In this document: positions 14,402-28,186 of the stretch, piece by piece
How the letters are laid out: each line of letters opens with the position of its first letter
How positions within the stretch are numbered: the stretch's first letter is position 1
Assembly (NCBI GenBank): GCA_951406725.2
Contig: OX597832.1
Span: forward strand, 7,750,001-7,814,000
Length of the DNA stretch: 64,000 bases
Direction of reading: 5' to 3'
DNA from: Octopus vulgaris
Taxonomy: Eukaryota
Translations under genes and position numbers: made by a program
Notes under the pieces: generated by a model
The model's input: the letters and a program-made list of their open reading frames with translations, nothing else
What the model was told of the DNA's origin: nothing
The model's database searches: none

Positions 14402-15145
14402 CATACATACATACTTACATGTGGGTTTGTAAGTTTTTGCGTATATACGAATGGCTGCATGCGTGTTTGCGTGAATGGGTGTTTGTCTGGAGAACATATA
14501 TGGGTGAGGGCATGTGTTTTTTGTCTAGTGTATATGTGCGGGTATATGTGCGCATGTGTGTGTGTGAGAGAATAAAATATGTATGTATGGGTTTATGATT
14601 TTCGTGTGCGGGTGTAACACGTGCACACGCACATGAATACATACATACATCCATGTACGCATACCTCTCCTTCCTTCCCTCCCTCACATCACCAAACCTT
14701 AGTCCAACGCTTATTACCAACAGATTCGCGCACACACGCATATTTAGCTTGTGCTAGCGCCCATGTATTCATACACACACATACATACGTGTACACACAC
14801 ACACGCTTACAAAACCAATAACACATCCACAACTACGTATTCATATACACACACATACACACACACTCATCGACCTTGCCTCAGTCAGATTTAGACACTT
14901 AGATGCCACCAGTTTCCTGTTAAGCTACACAGTCCATAAAATTACTCTTCCTAACAAAACTGTTGTCGTTGATTCAACGATGTTACCGCTAGCAACATCA
15001 TGTGATGCGCCCCAACCAATAGCATATGTTTCATCTAGCCATCTTGGACTTCTGTGTGTCGCTATTCAGTAAAAGTGAATATGACGGGTTTCTGTCAGAG
15101 GCCCGCGAACCTTTAATTCGCTTAGAACCGCATCAAAGTGTTTTA

Positions 15146-15224
<79 letters not shown>

Positions 15225-15261
15225 TTAATAATAATAATAATTATTATTATTGTTGTTGTTA

Positions 15262-15302
<41 letters not shown>

Positions 15303-16402
15303 GTGGTCTCTCCCATCGAAGCCGACGCATGAAGGACCTACAAAAATGATTTGGTTATAGTGATCAAATGTTCGTGCTGCACATTGCCTCACTCCCATCT
15401 TCAAATCTTAAATAGACAGCTTCACCAATAGCGATAAATGCAGAATATATGGTGAGATGGGTGAAACGGTATGGCACATACAAGGAAACTGAACGAAAAC
15501 AAACATGGCGGGGGGTGGGGGTGGGGGCGTTAGACCAGACGAAGGTAAAATAGCGAACGCTGGAGAAATATTTTTTTTTGGTAAAAGAAAAGATAGGAGA
15601 GAGAGGCAGATAGGATACGTCCAACATCTAGGACAGCCCTGAAAGAAAAGAAAGATAATCGAGCGAGGAAAAGAAAGCTGGACGATGGTCACGTGTGAGC
15701 AACGAGAGAGATCAAAGGAGAAAGAGGGAGAGAGAGGCAGACAGACAGAAATGTATGCGTGTATGCATGTATGTATTTATGTATGCATGTATTTTGTATG
15801 TATGTATGACCCAAGGCTGCTTTGTAAGTATAATTTATATTTGGATTTTCAACATTAACAACGGGGTATTTCTGTATGTATGTACGTATATGTGCAGATT
15901 TGTATATTTTGTTTTATGTATGCATTCTCATGCATATAGTTGTATATCTAGACATGCTCATATATATATACATCTAAATGATAAATTTCTGGGAAGTTTT
16001 ACAGCTTTTCCCTTTCTGGTTTTTGAGAAGTCTAACTTCTCAAGATGTTTAGGCAGTGTGTTACATATCCCAGGGACTCAATACAGGTATAAACTTGAAC
16101 ATGTAATCTGGATAGAGCAACTGCTTCTCAATTGCTCAGTATAAGTGTTCTCTTTTCCACTGATCTTCAGCTTTGTTAACATCCGCTACGCAGCTAATTT
16201 TCACAACTGTACACAGTTTCTCTTTTCTATCCAAAATCATTATACCAGCTCCGTTGTGCTTACATTTTATTTAGGTCTTCACAAGGACATTCCACCAGTA
16301 TTCCTCTTTATTATGAGTGGCTATGGCTTCTACCAAACTGTGTGTTTCTTTGTCCCCGGGCCTAACCTTCCGACGGATTTCATTATAGAGTGTCCTAGCT
16401 AC

Positions 16403-16433
<31 letters not shown>

Positions 16434-16645
16434 TGTATGTATGTATGTATGTATGTATGTATGTATGTATGCATGTATGCATGTATGTATGTATGTGTGC
16501 GTGCGTGCATGCACATATGTATGTATTTGTCTCTCACCTTCGCTTTATACACACACACATATATATATATACAACATATATATATATATACATACACATA
16601 TATACACACACAAGTATATATACACATATATACACACATACATGC

Positions 16646-16704
<59 letters not shown>

Positions 16705-16984
16705 TCTTTAAATATTTGTTGTGCAAAACTGGCAAAATGACCATTCCGAAATATAACAATATAACAATATAACTATATATATATATATATATATATATAC
16801 ATACATACACACTCACATATATACACACACATAGATATACACATACATACATATACATATACATATATATATATATATATACGCACACATATATACCAAC
16901 ATACATATATACATACACACACATACATACAAATGCGCGCGCACACGTATATTTAAAAGAGAAATTATAAAAAATACAAGTATA

Positions 16985-17435
16985 TATTATTCGTTTCTTA
17001 AGTACGTTTCGCTCTACTGGAAGCAGACTGGATGACAATACTCTCACTCTATGGAGCTCTAAACTCACCAGCTGCAGTCGTACATTTAACTGACCGTATA
17101 AAGAGGGTATAGTGTCCGTAACGTCCTGTTATTGTTATTTTTATTATCATTATTGTTTTTACGTATTTTCGTGTTCTTATTCGTGTAACATTGTCCGTTT
17201 TTCCATCCTTGTTTTGTATACATTCGAGGCTTTCTTCCAAAGAATCTAATACGCTTGGCTTAGATTTTCCTTTGGGGCTGGCCAGATCGGAGCAATCTCA
17301 AGATTAATCAGCCGAAATTGCGAGGATGATCCGGTTGTTGACTGAAGATTGAAGGCTTCGAATGTCCCGTCCGTGTTTTTGTATCTTCTTCTAAATGTTT
17401 TGCGTTCCTGTCCCAGTTTGTATTTTTTTACATAT
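16985..17435. mobile_element. Non-coding interspersed unit between TA-rich tracts, possibly PLE pLTR-derived
   Basis: Complex sequence between microsatellites; degenerate HHR-like motif on the minus strand near 16997-17087. Confidence 0.4.
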
Positions 17436-19018
17436 ATATATATACTATGCTATACCTACACACACGCACAAACACACACACACGCACACACACGCATAGA
17501 GATATATGAGTCTGTGTGTGTGGATGTGTTGTCTGTTTGCCAATACGCACGCACACTCTGAGACGCACATAAATATGTACATACAAACGTATTCAGACAT
17601 TCGTGCATACACAGCGAGGAAAATATGTTGAGGCGGAGAATGAGCAACAGAGAAAAACAAACGAGGAAGACATAATAATATCGAATTATTTATATATTCC
17701 TAAAAACCGTTTGTACAGTTTTGCTTATTTAAATTTTCAATGAACAATTCGAATTATTAGTAAGGAGAGTTAAAACTGATTTGAACAATAAAAACAGAAC
17801 AGAACACCAACGTAAGGAAACATAAAAAAGTTCGCACAAACGAACACACTAACACACAAGCAAACATAAACACATATAAATATGTATGTTTTACTCTCAT
17901 TCTATCTCTCTCTATCTCTCTAATGAGGTGTATATGCATATATTCATATGTAAATACATACACACATATACCTATACATAACACACACGCTCGTGGATAT
18001 AAACTATATATATGAGTCACAGTTTATGAAAATTTATAGATAACATTCTGTATTAAAAAAAAGTAAGGTTTTAGTTGTTTAATGACAAGAGCATAGATTT
18101 TTGTTGATGAGTTAGACAGTGAATACCTACTTTGTAAGTATAATTTATATTTGTTTCCGATGGAGACAAAACAATATCATAAGTCTCAGCCTACATCAAA
18201 TGTATTTAGGTCAAATAGATCACGAAGAAGCGAAATAATTCGGTATTCGATCTAAATTCGGTATATATGTATGTCTGTAAGCGTGTATGTGTGTATGTAT
18301 GTATGTATGTATGTATGTATGTATGTATTTATGTATGTATGTATGTATGTATGTATGTATGTATGTATGTATGTATGTATGTATTTATGTATGTATGTAT
18401 GTATGTATGTAAGCATGTATGTATGTGTGTATGTATATATATATATATATATCTATATGTATAAATGTATATGCATATATACGCATATATATACTCACAC
18501 ATATATAGATATGCATTTCCATTTGTATATAAACACACGTACACCTAGACATATAACTTCGTCGAGTGTATTACATACATATTCATACATACCTGTTGAT
18601 CCATAGCTAGCTATCTATTTATTGATAGTATACACACACTCTGTATACACACACATGCACACACACATACACACACATACACACACGAACACACACACAT
18701 ATGCTTAAGAAAAAAGTGATAGTGTGAATTTTGGATGATTCTTCACTTTGGCTGCTTTCGTCTCATTCTTTGAGGCTCGTAAGATATGAACTTTATAAGA
18801 AAGCTTTTGTCTTTTAGAAAATCTGGAAAATGATGGTTGTATTTTGTTATCTATATGTATAAATATATATGCATATGTGCATATATATGTGCATCTACAC
18901 ACTCACACACACAGATACACACCACACGCATATTCCCACATACACCCACACACACATACACACATATACATATATACCTACCTATATACATACACATACG
19001 TACATATATATGCATCAC

Positions 19019-19292
19019 GTGACCGACCAGGCTATTAGATATTGCTACACATTGTTTTAGCCTTCAAATGACGCCACCCCGCTGGCTAAGCGAGCAGACC
19101 AACAGAAGAAAGAGTGAGAGAAAGTTGCAGCGAAAGAGTACAGCAGGGATCGCCATCACCCCCTGCCGGAGCCTCGTGGAGCTTTAGGTGTTTTTGCCCA
19201 AAAATCACCCACAACGCCTGGGCTGGGAGTCGAAACCGTGATCCTACGACCGCGAGTCGCTGCCCTAACCACTGGGTCATTGCGCCTCCACA
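19019..19292 (-). mobile_element. tRNA-derived SINE, family C
   Basis: Head TGGAGGCGCAATGACCCAGTGGTTAGGGCAGCG...GGTTTCGACTCCC with A/B boxes; closely similar to 50505-50893. Confidence 0.85.
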
Positions 19293-19364
19293 CACACACA
19301 TACACACAAACACACATATATATTTATATATATATATACATACATGTGTATATATCTACACACA

Positions 19365-19444
<80 letters not shown>

Positions 19445-19641
19445 TACATATATACGTACAAATACATATATATATATCAAATCCCCAACTTTGTGTAAAA
19501 GAAAATACAGACAGAGGTGGATCAGTTAATTATGATTTTATTCAACATATTCCCCATTCTGATTATAGGCCATGTAAAACAACTCGTAAGTTTGGGCCTT
19601 TCGTTTACCCTTAAAGCCAGAATCTATTCAGCATCCCCTCG

Positions 19642-19701
<60 letters not shown>

Positions 19702-20412
19702 GTTATAAAAAAGAATGTACAATCATACATCATCAAAGCTTGTTTATTACAGTACTATTCTCAATAAATTCACATCAGATTTCAATTCGACACTGGTTTC
19801 TGCTGGATAAGCATCCTAACGTCCCTTAATGTAGCATTTATCTGCATTTAGTTGGCTCAATTGCAGTACATATTCATCAAAAATAGACATACCTGTGCCA
19901 TTTTGTTCAAGGTTGTCACCACGCTTGTGGGTGAAGTGAATATTTTAGGTGAGGAGAGACATTTCGCCCATTTTAACGTTATGAATTGACATTCCACCGC
20001 TGACGACTGTGCCGAATTCTTTCGGTTTCTTTAAAAAGGGTCTCAGTTAAACGCCGGGGTCGAGGTATCGGCTTACCCCTCCCTCTAAATTGCTGGGCTT
20101 GTGCCAGAATTTGAGACTAATATTCCCTCTGCATTCTCTCTATTTCATAAACTCTCACTGCATTGTTTGGAAATGATTTTACGAATCACATTTTTTTATT
20201 TTTCATTTGCTATTAATTACAGAACATTCCCCATTATTTGCAATTCTACTTGATTCGCAGAAAAATTATCTTGGAGAATTTAATTAAATTAAATATATTC
20301 ATTATTAAAATTACTCAATGGAAATAGAATGAAGGGATCAATAAATTCGAACGTAAAATGTTTGCTGATGCAACAAGAACAACAACTGTAGTAACAAGAA
20401 TAAGAACAACAA

Positions 20413-20469
20413 CTACTACTACCACCACCACCACCACCACTAGTACTACTACTACCACTACTACTACTA

Positions 20470-20533
<64 letters not shown>
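20413..20533. repeat. (ACT)n microsatellite
   Basis: Tandem ACT/ACC; others at 43924-44002, 49800-50148 and 55680-55780. Confidence 0.95.
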
Positions 20534-22469
20534 AGCTGATGCTACTCAGCCGTGTCTAGAATATGAATATCCCGATGTAAACTGCCTGTATATAAGCGCT
20601 ATTTGTGTCTCATCTCATGCGTCAGAGTTCACTTATTGGAAAGCACATCCCACTTTGCACTGATGAAACTTTCTATAGGCGAACTTCTAAAATTCAATTT
20701 TGTTATTCAAACAACGATTTATTTGCAATCAATTCCGAGTGATATTCAAATGATATCTCTCTTTACTCTTCCTTAAGGGTCTGTAACCATGCGTTAAGTA
20801 CATGCAACTACGAGATTTCACTGAACTGAGACTAGAAAAATATTCTTCAATGGAGTCATAGCTTATCATTTTCAACGGTACGCAGTTCCGTTTCCTACAC
20901 TAATCAAGAGAACAATTTTGTATTCCTCTAAACTCAAATAACATGCTACTAAAGCCGCAGAATTACAGCAAATTCTAATCCTGGTTATCATTGTTGTTTT
21001 CTCCAGGCAATATCATACTCTTAACATAACAAAGACCGCGTCAGAAGGTTAATCTTTCTCTTTAGGCTCAAAACACACTTCAGCTGTCAACAATCGCCCT
21101 ATACAAAGCTTAAGCGAAGCTCAATATAAAGTACTTTTTCATATTTTGAGACAGTGTTGTCACTACACATCCGGAAATAATAGACCACATTCTAAACAAT
21201 ATTTCACTTAACTGGCATCGTGTTGAGTATTTAATAACACAGCCTTGTCTTTGGTCCACCGACGTACGCACTTCCCTTTCCCTTTGCCTTTTCTACCTCT
21301 ACGAGAATGGTTATATTTCTAGCAACTGGTTGATTTCGAGCCAGTGTACCTAGCTCTGTCTGATTCATTCATCTTTCCTCCTCTCCTCTGCCGGATTGCA
21401 TATATTTCAGATTCTGCTACCAAGAATGTCGGCCTTTTGGAATACCGTATCTATACATCCTGCAAAGTTCACTTCTTCAAATCGAATATCAAACGCATCG
21501 ACCTCACATATCTATGCGGTGGATGAGTGTTATGAAGGTAAGCAGTCTTAATCTCTTCCTTCAATAAAACATCCAGGGCCTAATGATAAAATGATCTAAT
21601 AATCATAAACAATATGGAAACAATGGAACATATATAAAAAATAGAAATTGATAAGCAGAACAAAGAAATAATTTTAAAAGCAAAAAAAAAAAACAAAACA
21701 ATAACATGGTCGTATCCGTATGCTCGTTTATATATCGTAATAAGTCCAACAACTAGTTTAAGCGGACCAGTGATTAGCTGGTTGGAAACCTGTAACGAAG
21801 AACAAATTGTAATACTCGTAAAAGTATGCAAGAAACAAAATGAAATATATTTTTAAGGGTAAAGTTCCAAATGTCATGCACTTCAGGTGGGAAAGTTAAA
21901 CTGAAGTATTTATATTAAAGTTATAAATGAAATGTACGTGCTGAAACAGTTGGTGAAATCGAGCTGCGATCATGGCATTTAGGGAAGAATGTATTATATT
22001 GTTCACTTTAGACTAGGTATAAGCATAATATTTATTTGAAGAAAATGGCGGCTATAACCGAGTGAATCGTCTACTTGTACTTCTTTCCTTGCGCCTCAGA
22101 GGTGAATGTTTTAAGGATTATATATTTATATATTCATTTCTTTTGAATGCGCTTAAAGCAACATGTTTAAGGGGTTAGGTGTTGGGCACAAAAGTATAAC
22201 TGGGAAATATTCTTTATCGACAACGTATAAATATGTACATTATAGACATTTGTGAAAGGAAATTGGGATTGCATAATATCCATGCCTTTAACAAGATATA
22301 TTTAGTGTAAAATATGTGAAGTAAAATAATAACCATTTCATCTTAGTAACTAGACAGATGTCTACTATAAACACCCGCAGCGCTACACATTTTCTATAAT
22401 ATTTTGAATTATACATACATACATCTATTCATATATATATATATATATATATATATGGTAGTAGTAGTA

Positions 22470-22505
<36 letters not shown>

Positions 22506-23674
22506 TGGTAGTAGTAGTAGATATATATATATATATTTGACGTATGGAAAAATATTTCAACTGTCATAGAATGCACATATGCCTAAAGCATAGACACTTT
22601 GAAATTTAGATCACCATTGATTTCCCTGAAAAACTTTCAGATCTTACATATACTTCATATTTACTTTTGAGAAAGTTTGTTTATTTTTTATCATATGCTT
22701 CTCTTCGTATTTCTATTTATCTGCTCCGTTTGGTGTCTTTTACGATAACCAAAGAATCATAGAAAGATAAGGGCAAATCCGGTGTAAAGAATAACATACT
22801 GGAAAAAAATTTATGTGAAGGTTAAAATATATAGAAACGAAAGACGATATCAAATAGGATGTTTCTATACATTTACAATTCCTATCGACATCCTTTCGAA
22901 CATGCCAGGTGAAGCGGTCGACATGTGGATATCTCAAGAGAATTTGTTCTCTCACAAAAATCTGGAAGGATTATCGAAGGTTAAAAGAGAAAGAGAGAAT
23001 CTGCAGAGGATGAATGACAATATAAAGCAAATTCTCTTTGAAATTATTTAACGGTTTGATTGACCAGATTTCGTTTACATGGCTTCCTACTAAGTGTAGT
23101 TGTTGGCTACGTTGATAACGTAGAGTTTGGGATGTTACTGTTCTCAATGTTGTTTAATCCCAAGTCAGTTCTGATCGAGTAGACAGCGATCAAAAGCGCT
23201 TTAGACTTGACTATTCCATCTTTTATTTTTACAGGTACAATGTATCGAGTACTATATTATAAAATATACAGCTCTAATTAGAACCTGATTTAAGGAAAAT
23301 TATAAAAAGTATTGCTGCTATTTCTATCAGAATGAGGGATCAACTAGAGTATTTCTCATTCGTTCCTATACAGTGATTGTCAGATGTGATGAACATTCAT
23401 ATCTTCATATCGGTATATATGCTGTATATACACAGACAAGAAATAAAACATACTTGCGGCTGGGTACTAAACATACCAGCAGGATAAAACAAAATTAGTT
23501 CAGTCTCTGACGTTAAAACCTTCCCGTTGGCATGTAAGGGAGACAAATGTAGAAAGGCCTCGGCTTGATTAAATCCTTGTCAGTGGAAATATAAACTCCA
23601 TGGTAGTTACCAAAATATTAATGAGAGAATCACTAATTATCCTACGATGATGGTGAAGATGGTGATCATGACGG

Positions 23675-23711
<37 letters not shown>

Positions 23712-23744
23712 AATAATAATAATAATAATAACACTTTCTTCTTT

Positions 23745-23945
23745 AGATACAAGGCCTGCAATTTGGAGGAAGGGATTAAGTCGATTACATGGATCCCTAC
23801 GCGTAACTGGTATTTATCGACCCCGAAGGGATGAAAAGCAAACTCCACCTCGGCAGAATTTGACCTCAGAACGTAGCGACAGACGAAATACTGCTAAGTA
23901 TTTCTCTCGGTGCGTGCTAAAGATTCTGCCAGTTCGCCACCTTCA
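23745..23945 (-). mobile_element. SINE family A
   Basis: Core and head match family A. Confidence 0.8.
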
Positions 23946-23994
23946 TAATAGTAATAACAATGGTTAAAAGTAGAGAGCGAAGTAGAGAGCGAAT

Positions 23995-24290
23995 ATTAGC
24001 TGCTCAAGATCAAAGCTTATTGACCGGGAACTACCATGCCAATGTAATGAAAATGGAGTGGATCTGAAGTGCCGATTCTGCAATGATGAAATTGAAGCAG
24101 TGGACCTCCTAATAATTGGATGTAATTTTTTTTAGAGTTGGCCTATATCTACAATGGTTAATATATCGACATTATAATATTAAAACTGTTTTCAAATGGT
24201 ACAAGAACAACACTAAGGCTGTAACTCATGGAGAAAGTGTAACGATTCTTTGTGACTTTCCAGGACATACATACAGAATAACCAAAGATA
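23995..24290 (+). pseudogene. R4/Dong-like LINE C-terminal fragment
   Basis: AQDQSLLT.NY, KCRFCNDEIE, KWY.N..KAV..GESVTILCDF, typical of the region upstream of the RLE domain. Confidence 0.7.
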
Positions 24291-24805
24291 ATAATAATAA
24301 TTGTAATGTACTGAATACATTTACAGCCCGGGAAGAATACTATGCGACCGAGAGGCAAGCTTATTTCGGGGGAATGTAATTGGATTTTGGAGGAAAATAC
24401 ACATGATTCTGATGTATACAGTTGACTGCGTTTTCTTATACGGACATGACTTTTGGCATCAAATCATGTTCCAGCTTATTTGCAAGATATTCTGGTAGTG
24501 TTGAAGAATAAATAAGAAATATGATTATATAATTTTATAGCAAGAGTTGGTAGTTAGTGACGTGTAGATGCAAACGAGTTGTTTTTAACGGGAACATAGA
24601 ACACTATGGCTACTTCCTAGGGAAAGGCCTTTGTTGAGATTGGTCCTGTTTCAGTTTGGCGTGTTTCTTCTTCGCTCTGAGTATTTAATACCATTATTAA
24701 ATTGTTATTAGAAGAAAGGATTATTAAACTAAACGTAATTATTATTGAGTAAATTTGTGAGCGATAGTGTAGAATATTTTGGTATTGTTTTGGTACGGAA
24801 GTCGA

Positions 24806-24966
24806 CGGCTGTGTGGTAAGTAGCTTGCTTACGAACCACATGGTTCCGGGTTCAGTCCCACTGCGTGGCACCTTGGGTAAGTGTCTTCTACTATAGCCTC
24901 GGGCCAACCAAAGATTTGTGAGTGGATTTGGTAGACGGAAACTGAAAGAAGTCCGTCGTATATATG

Positions 24967-25020
<54 letters not shown>

Positions 25021-25250
25021 CGTCTGTGTGTTTGTGTGTATACGTTTGTGCGTCTGTGTTTGTGTTTGTTCCCTCCAACATCGCTTGACAACCGATGCCG
25101 GTGTGTTTACGTCCCCGTAACTTAGCGGTTCGGCAAAATAGAGACCGATAAAATAAGTACTAGCCTTTCAAAGAATAAGTCCTTGGGTTGATTTGATCGA
25201 CTGAAGGCGGTGCTCCAGCATGGTCACAGTCACATGACTGAAACAAGTGA
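24806..25250 (+). mobile_element. tRNA-derived SINE, family B, with internal microsatellite
   Basis: GGCTGTGTGGTAAG...GGTTCAGTCCC head, CCTTGGGTAAGTGTCTT domain, internal TA/TG repeat, tail to TGACTGAAACAAG; partial relatives at 32570-32730, 38640-38820, 55110-55300 and 63230-63370. Confidence 0.85.
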
Positions 25251-27345
25251 TTATTCGAACATTTTTGGCTTAATGACTTGAAAATTTTGCTGTAGGTGTT
25301 AGTAATTTCAGAATGTAGTGTAGATTGGAGCAACCACGTCTTTTTTTATTGTTTGGCAAATGAGTTTTGTGTATGCTGGTGGTATTTATCAAGTTTTGTG
25401 AACAAGAATGTTCTGAGGTTTTCATTGTAATATTCTGAATTCTGTTTAAGTATTTGTTAACGAGGATACAATTAATGAAATATTCCTTACAAGGTTGATT
25501 CGAATGCACTTGACGTAGTTAGCAAATTTGTGGTTATATTCGAAATTTTTCCATGTTTATTGAGAAGGCAGGCATTTCTATTAATTTAAAAGTGATGCCT
25601 GGGGATTCAACTATTTTTACATCGCTCTGAACAGTCTTTCGAGAACAGTCAGTAATTTGTGAGTTAGTTTCGAAGAACCTATTAGCAAGTGTCTCTATGT
25701 AGACCACCAGATATAAAGTGAAACAGATAGTGAATAGATTTTAACGTTAACGGAATCACAAAGTCTCTGTTTTCTGAGAAATGTTTTGCACCCAAGTTGA
25801 TGATAAAAGGTATATTTGCATGCGGAAGAAAATGGATTGGTTGCAGTAACCTTGAGTTTGGCTACCTTGCCTATGCTAACGCCATATAGACATGAGCATA
25901 TTTGTAAGTATACACAGGGGTATACACACGCAGACACACACACATACACATAAACCCCCTCTCTCTCATACACATGTATTCGTATTTGTTCACTTCTTTA
26001 ACAACACGGACTATTTGGGGTCAGCTCTTCATTCATATTAAATTCTTCAATGAAATATGAGTTTTTCTTATAATTTTACGTCTGTAACAATTGAATGGGG
26101 GATCCAAAGCTCTGTCTCCGTTGGTCTGTTTGTGTGTCTCTGTAAATCTATCTATCAACACACACACACACGCACACACACGCGCACAAACACACACATA
26201 CACGCACATATACATACATGCGTTTCTAAGTCTTATACATAACCCTTTTCAATTTTCATACTGTGCTTCAATCATTACTTTGTACTTTCTACCATACTAT
26301 GCTGTAATATAATATGTTATGCTTCACATCTTATTTTATATTACATTACTACATTTTAACTTACCTGAATTTTTCACCTACTACTAAAATCATCCGACTA
26401 TGGCTTATGCATTTACTCAATAACAATTACCTTTTTTAAGCCAATAACCCAAATAACTTACGGATATATAATCTACGTATACCATACCAAGATTCACAAT
26501 TTATTAACCCTCGCAACTACTTAAGTAGAAGTTGGCCCATATACAATTTATATTTAACGTTAATGTTTGCGCAAAATCTAAAACATAACAACACAAATTC
26601 ACTGAATTTGAACCAGAAAACAGAGACCAAAAATGAGCCGCAATTACCAATATGTAACCACTTTTATAGCTACTTACATAGTCACTCCAATATATCGACT
26701 ACCTAAAATATAAACTGATAAAGCGTAGCAGTGTTTCCTAGAGTCCTAAACTTTGTTATAATTATTAATGGTTCCCAGTTACGTCTGCACTCCACTCAAT
26801 GTGTTATTTCTAACAACTCAGTAGATCCTTTTAACCATAGTAATTACGTAGTGATCCTAGACCATTAATAATTAAGTAAATTACTTAGCGGTCTTGATAC
26901 TAACCTTGTCATAAATACATCAATACATTTTGGACACGTTGTATAATCACCAGCAATGTTCCGCCATACACATATACTTCATACACTACTGAATCTATAT
27001 TTGCTATCATTTCCTTTGCATCCCATTCTTTTACTGACCGGCCATTTACTTCTTCATTGAATATCATCATCATCATCATCATGAGTATTATCATTATAAG
27101 GTATTTCATCCATCTTCAACATTCTGTGTTCGAATTCTGCCGTGGTCGACTTTTACTTTCATCATTTCAGGGTCGATGAAATAAGTACCAGTTACGTACT
27201 GGGGTCGATGTAATCGACTATCCCGTCTTTATATGTCTCCTCTAGTTACAGTCTCAGGGTGATGCTTCTATTACTTGTTAACAGTTTTGATTTCATAACG
27301 CCGACAGTAGAAAAGATTATTATTATTATTATTATTATTATTATT

Positions 27346-27760
27346 GAGTGACAGAGCAGTGCATGCCATCAAAGTAACACTGGGGTAAAATGTACAAAGC
27401 CCAGTATACGCATCATGCCTACCCGTCTGATAAGGGTACACTAGGCACAGGTATCACAACAACCATATGTGCGCGACATGGTGACCTCATATCAAGATAA
27501 ACAGCACATGACCTTGCAGGTGGGGGTCAGTTAGAATTTTCTTCTGGTCGAGTAACCCATCCCGCTCAAAAGGTCCCTGAATAAGGTTTGTTTAAGGATG
27601 TTGAACGAAACACCTATGTTTCCAAAGGTGAATTATTCAAACTCCAAAGAATCCCTCTCATCACATGGCTATGATTCTCCCCCACTACTTCTGCTCGTGA
27701 TCAGAGATGCACATATCGTCAGCCACTAAGGGACATGCTCAACTGGTTATGGTCAAACAA
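27346..27760. mobile_element. ~415-bp interspersed element inside an (ATT)n tract
   Basis: GC-richer non-coding unit with ATT repeats on both sides. Confidence 0.6.
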
Positions 27761-27845
<85 letters not shown>

Positions 27846-28186
27846 GTTGTTGTTGTTGTCGCTGTTACTATTGACACTTGATAATTCCAGGTAAATTTCT
27901 ACCTGCTACACCTCCGTGTTGCTGACTGTGTGTTCTTGTTTTTTATTGCTGTTTGGGGAGGTACAAACTCATCCCGGTGTTGTATTACATCAGTTTACTT
28001 TGTTATAGCGTGTATCTTTAGTCTTTCATTATATTGGTGATTGTATTGTGTGCGTGTGTAATGCAAGTTCTGTTCTGTTGGATATGCAATCTGTAGATTA
28101 CATGTTGTGGTGTTTTTTTTTATTTTATTGGGTATTTACTGTATGGAGTGCGTTTTGTATTTGTAGATTGTTTTAGTTTGGTTTGA

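Noticed and set aside
16997-17087. Hammerhead-like TGAG-TTTAGA-GCTC...GAGC-GAAACGTA-CTTA on the minus strand
   Set aside because: Helices fit but the core is only 6 nt and far from CUGANGA; at best a dead remnant
17339-17370. CTGAAGA...GAATGTC
   Set aside because: GAAA box broken and no helix I
19550-19595. CTGATTA...AAACAACTCGTA motif
   Set aside because: Two core mismatches and poor helices
22815-23051. 78-aa ORF of ordinary composition
   Set aside because: No family recognised; probably a transposon relic
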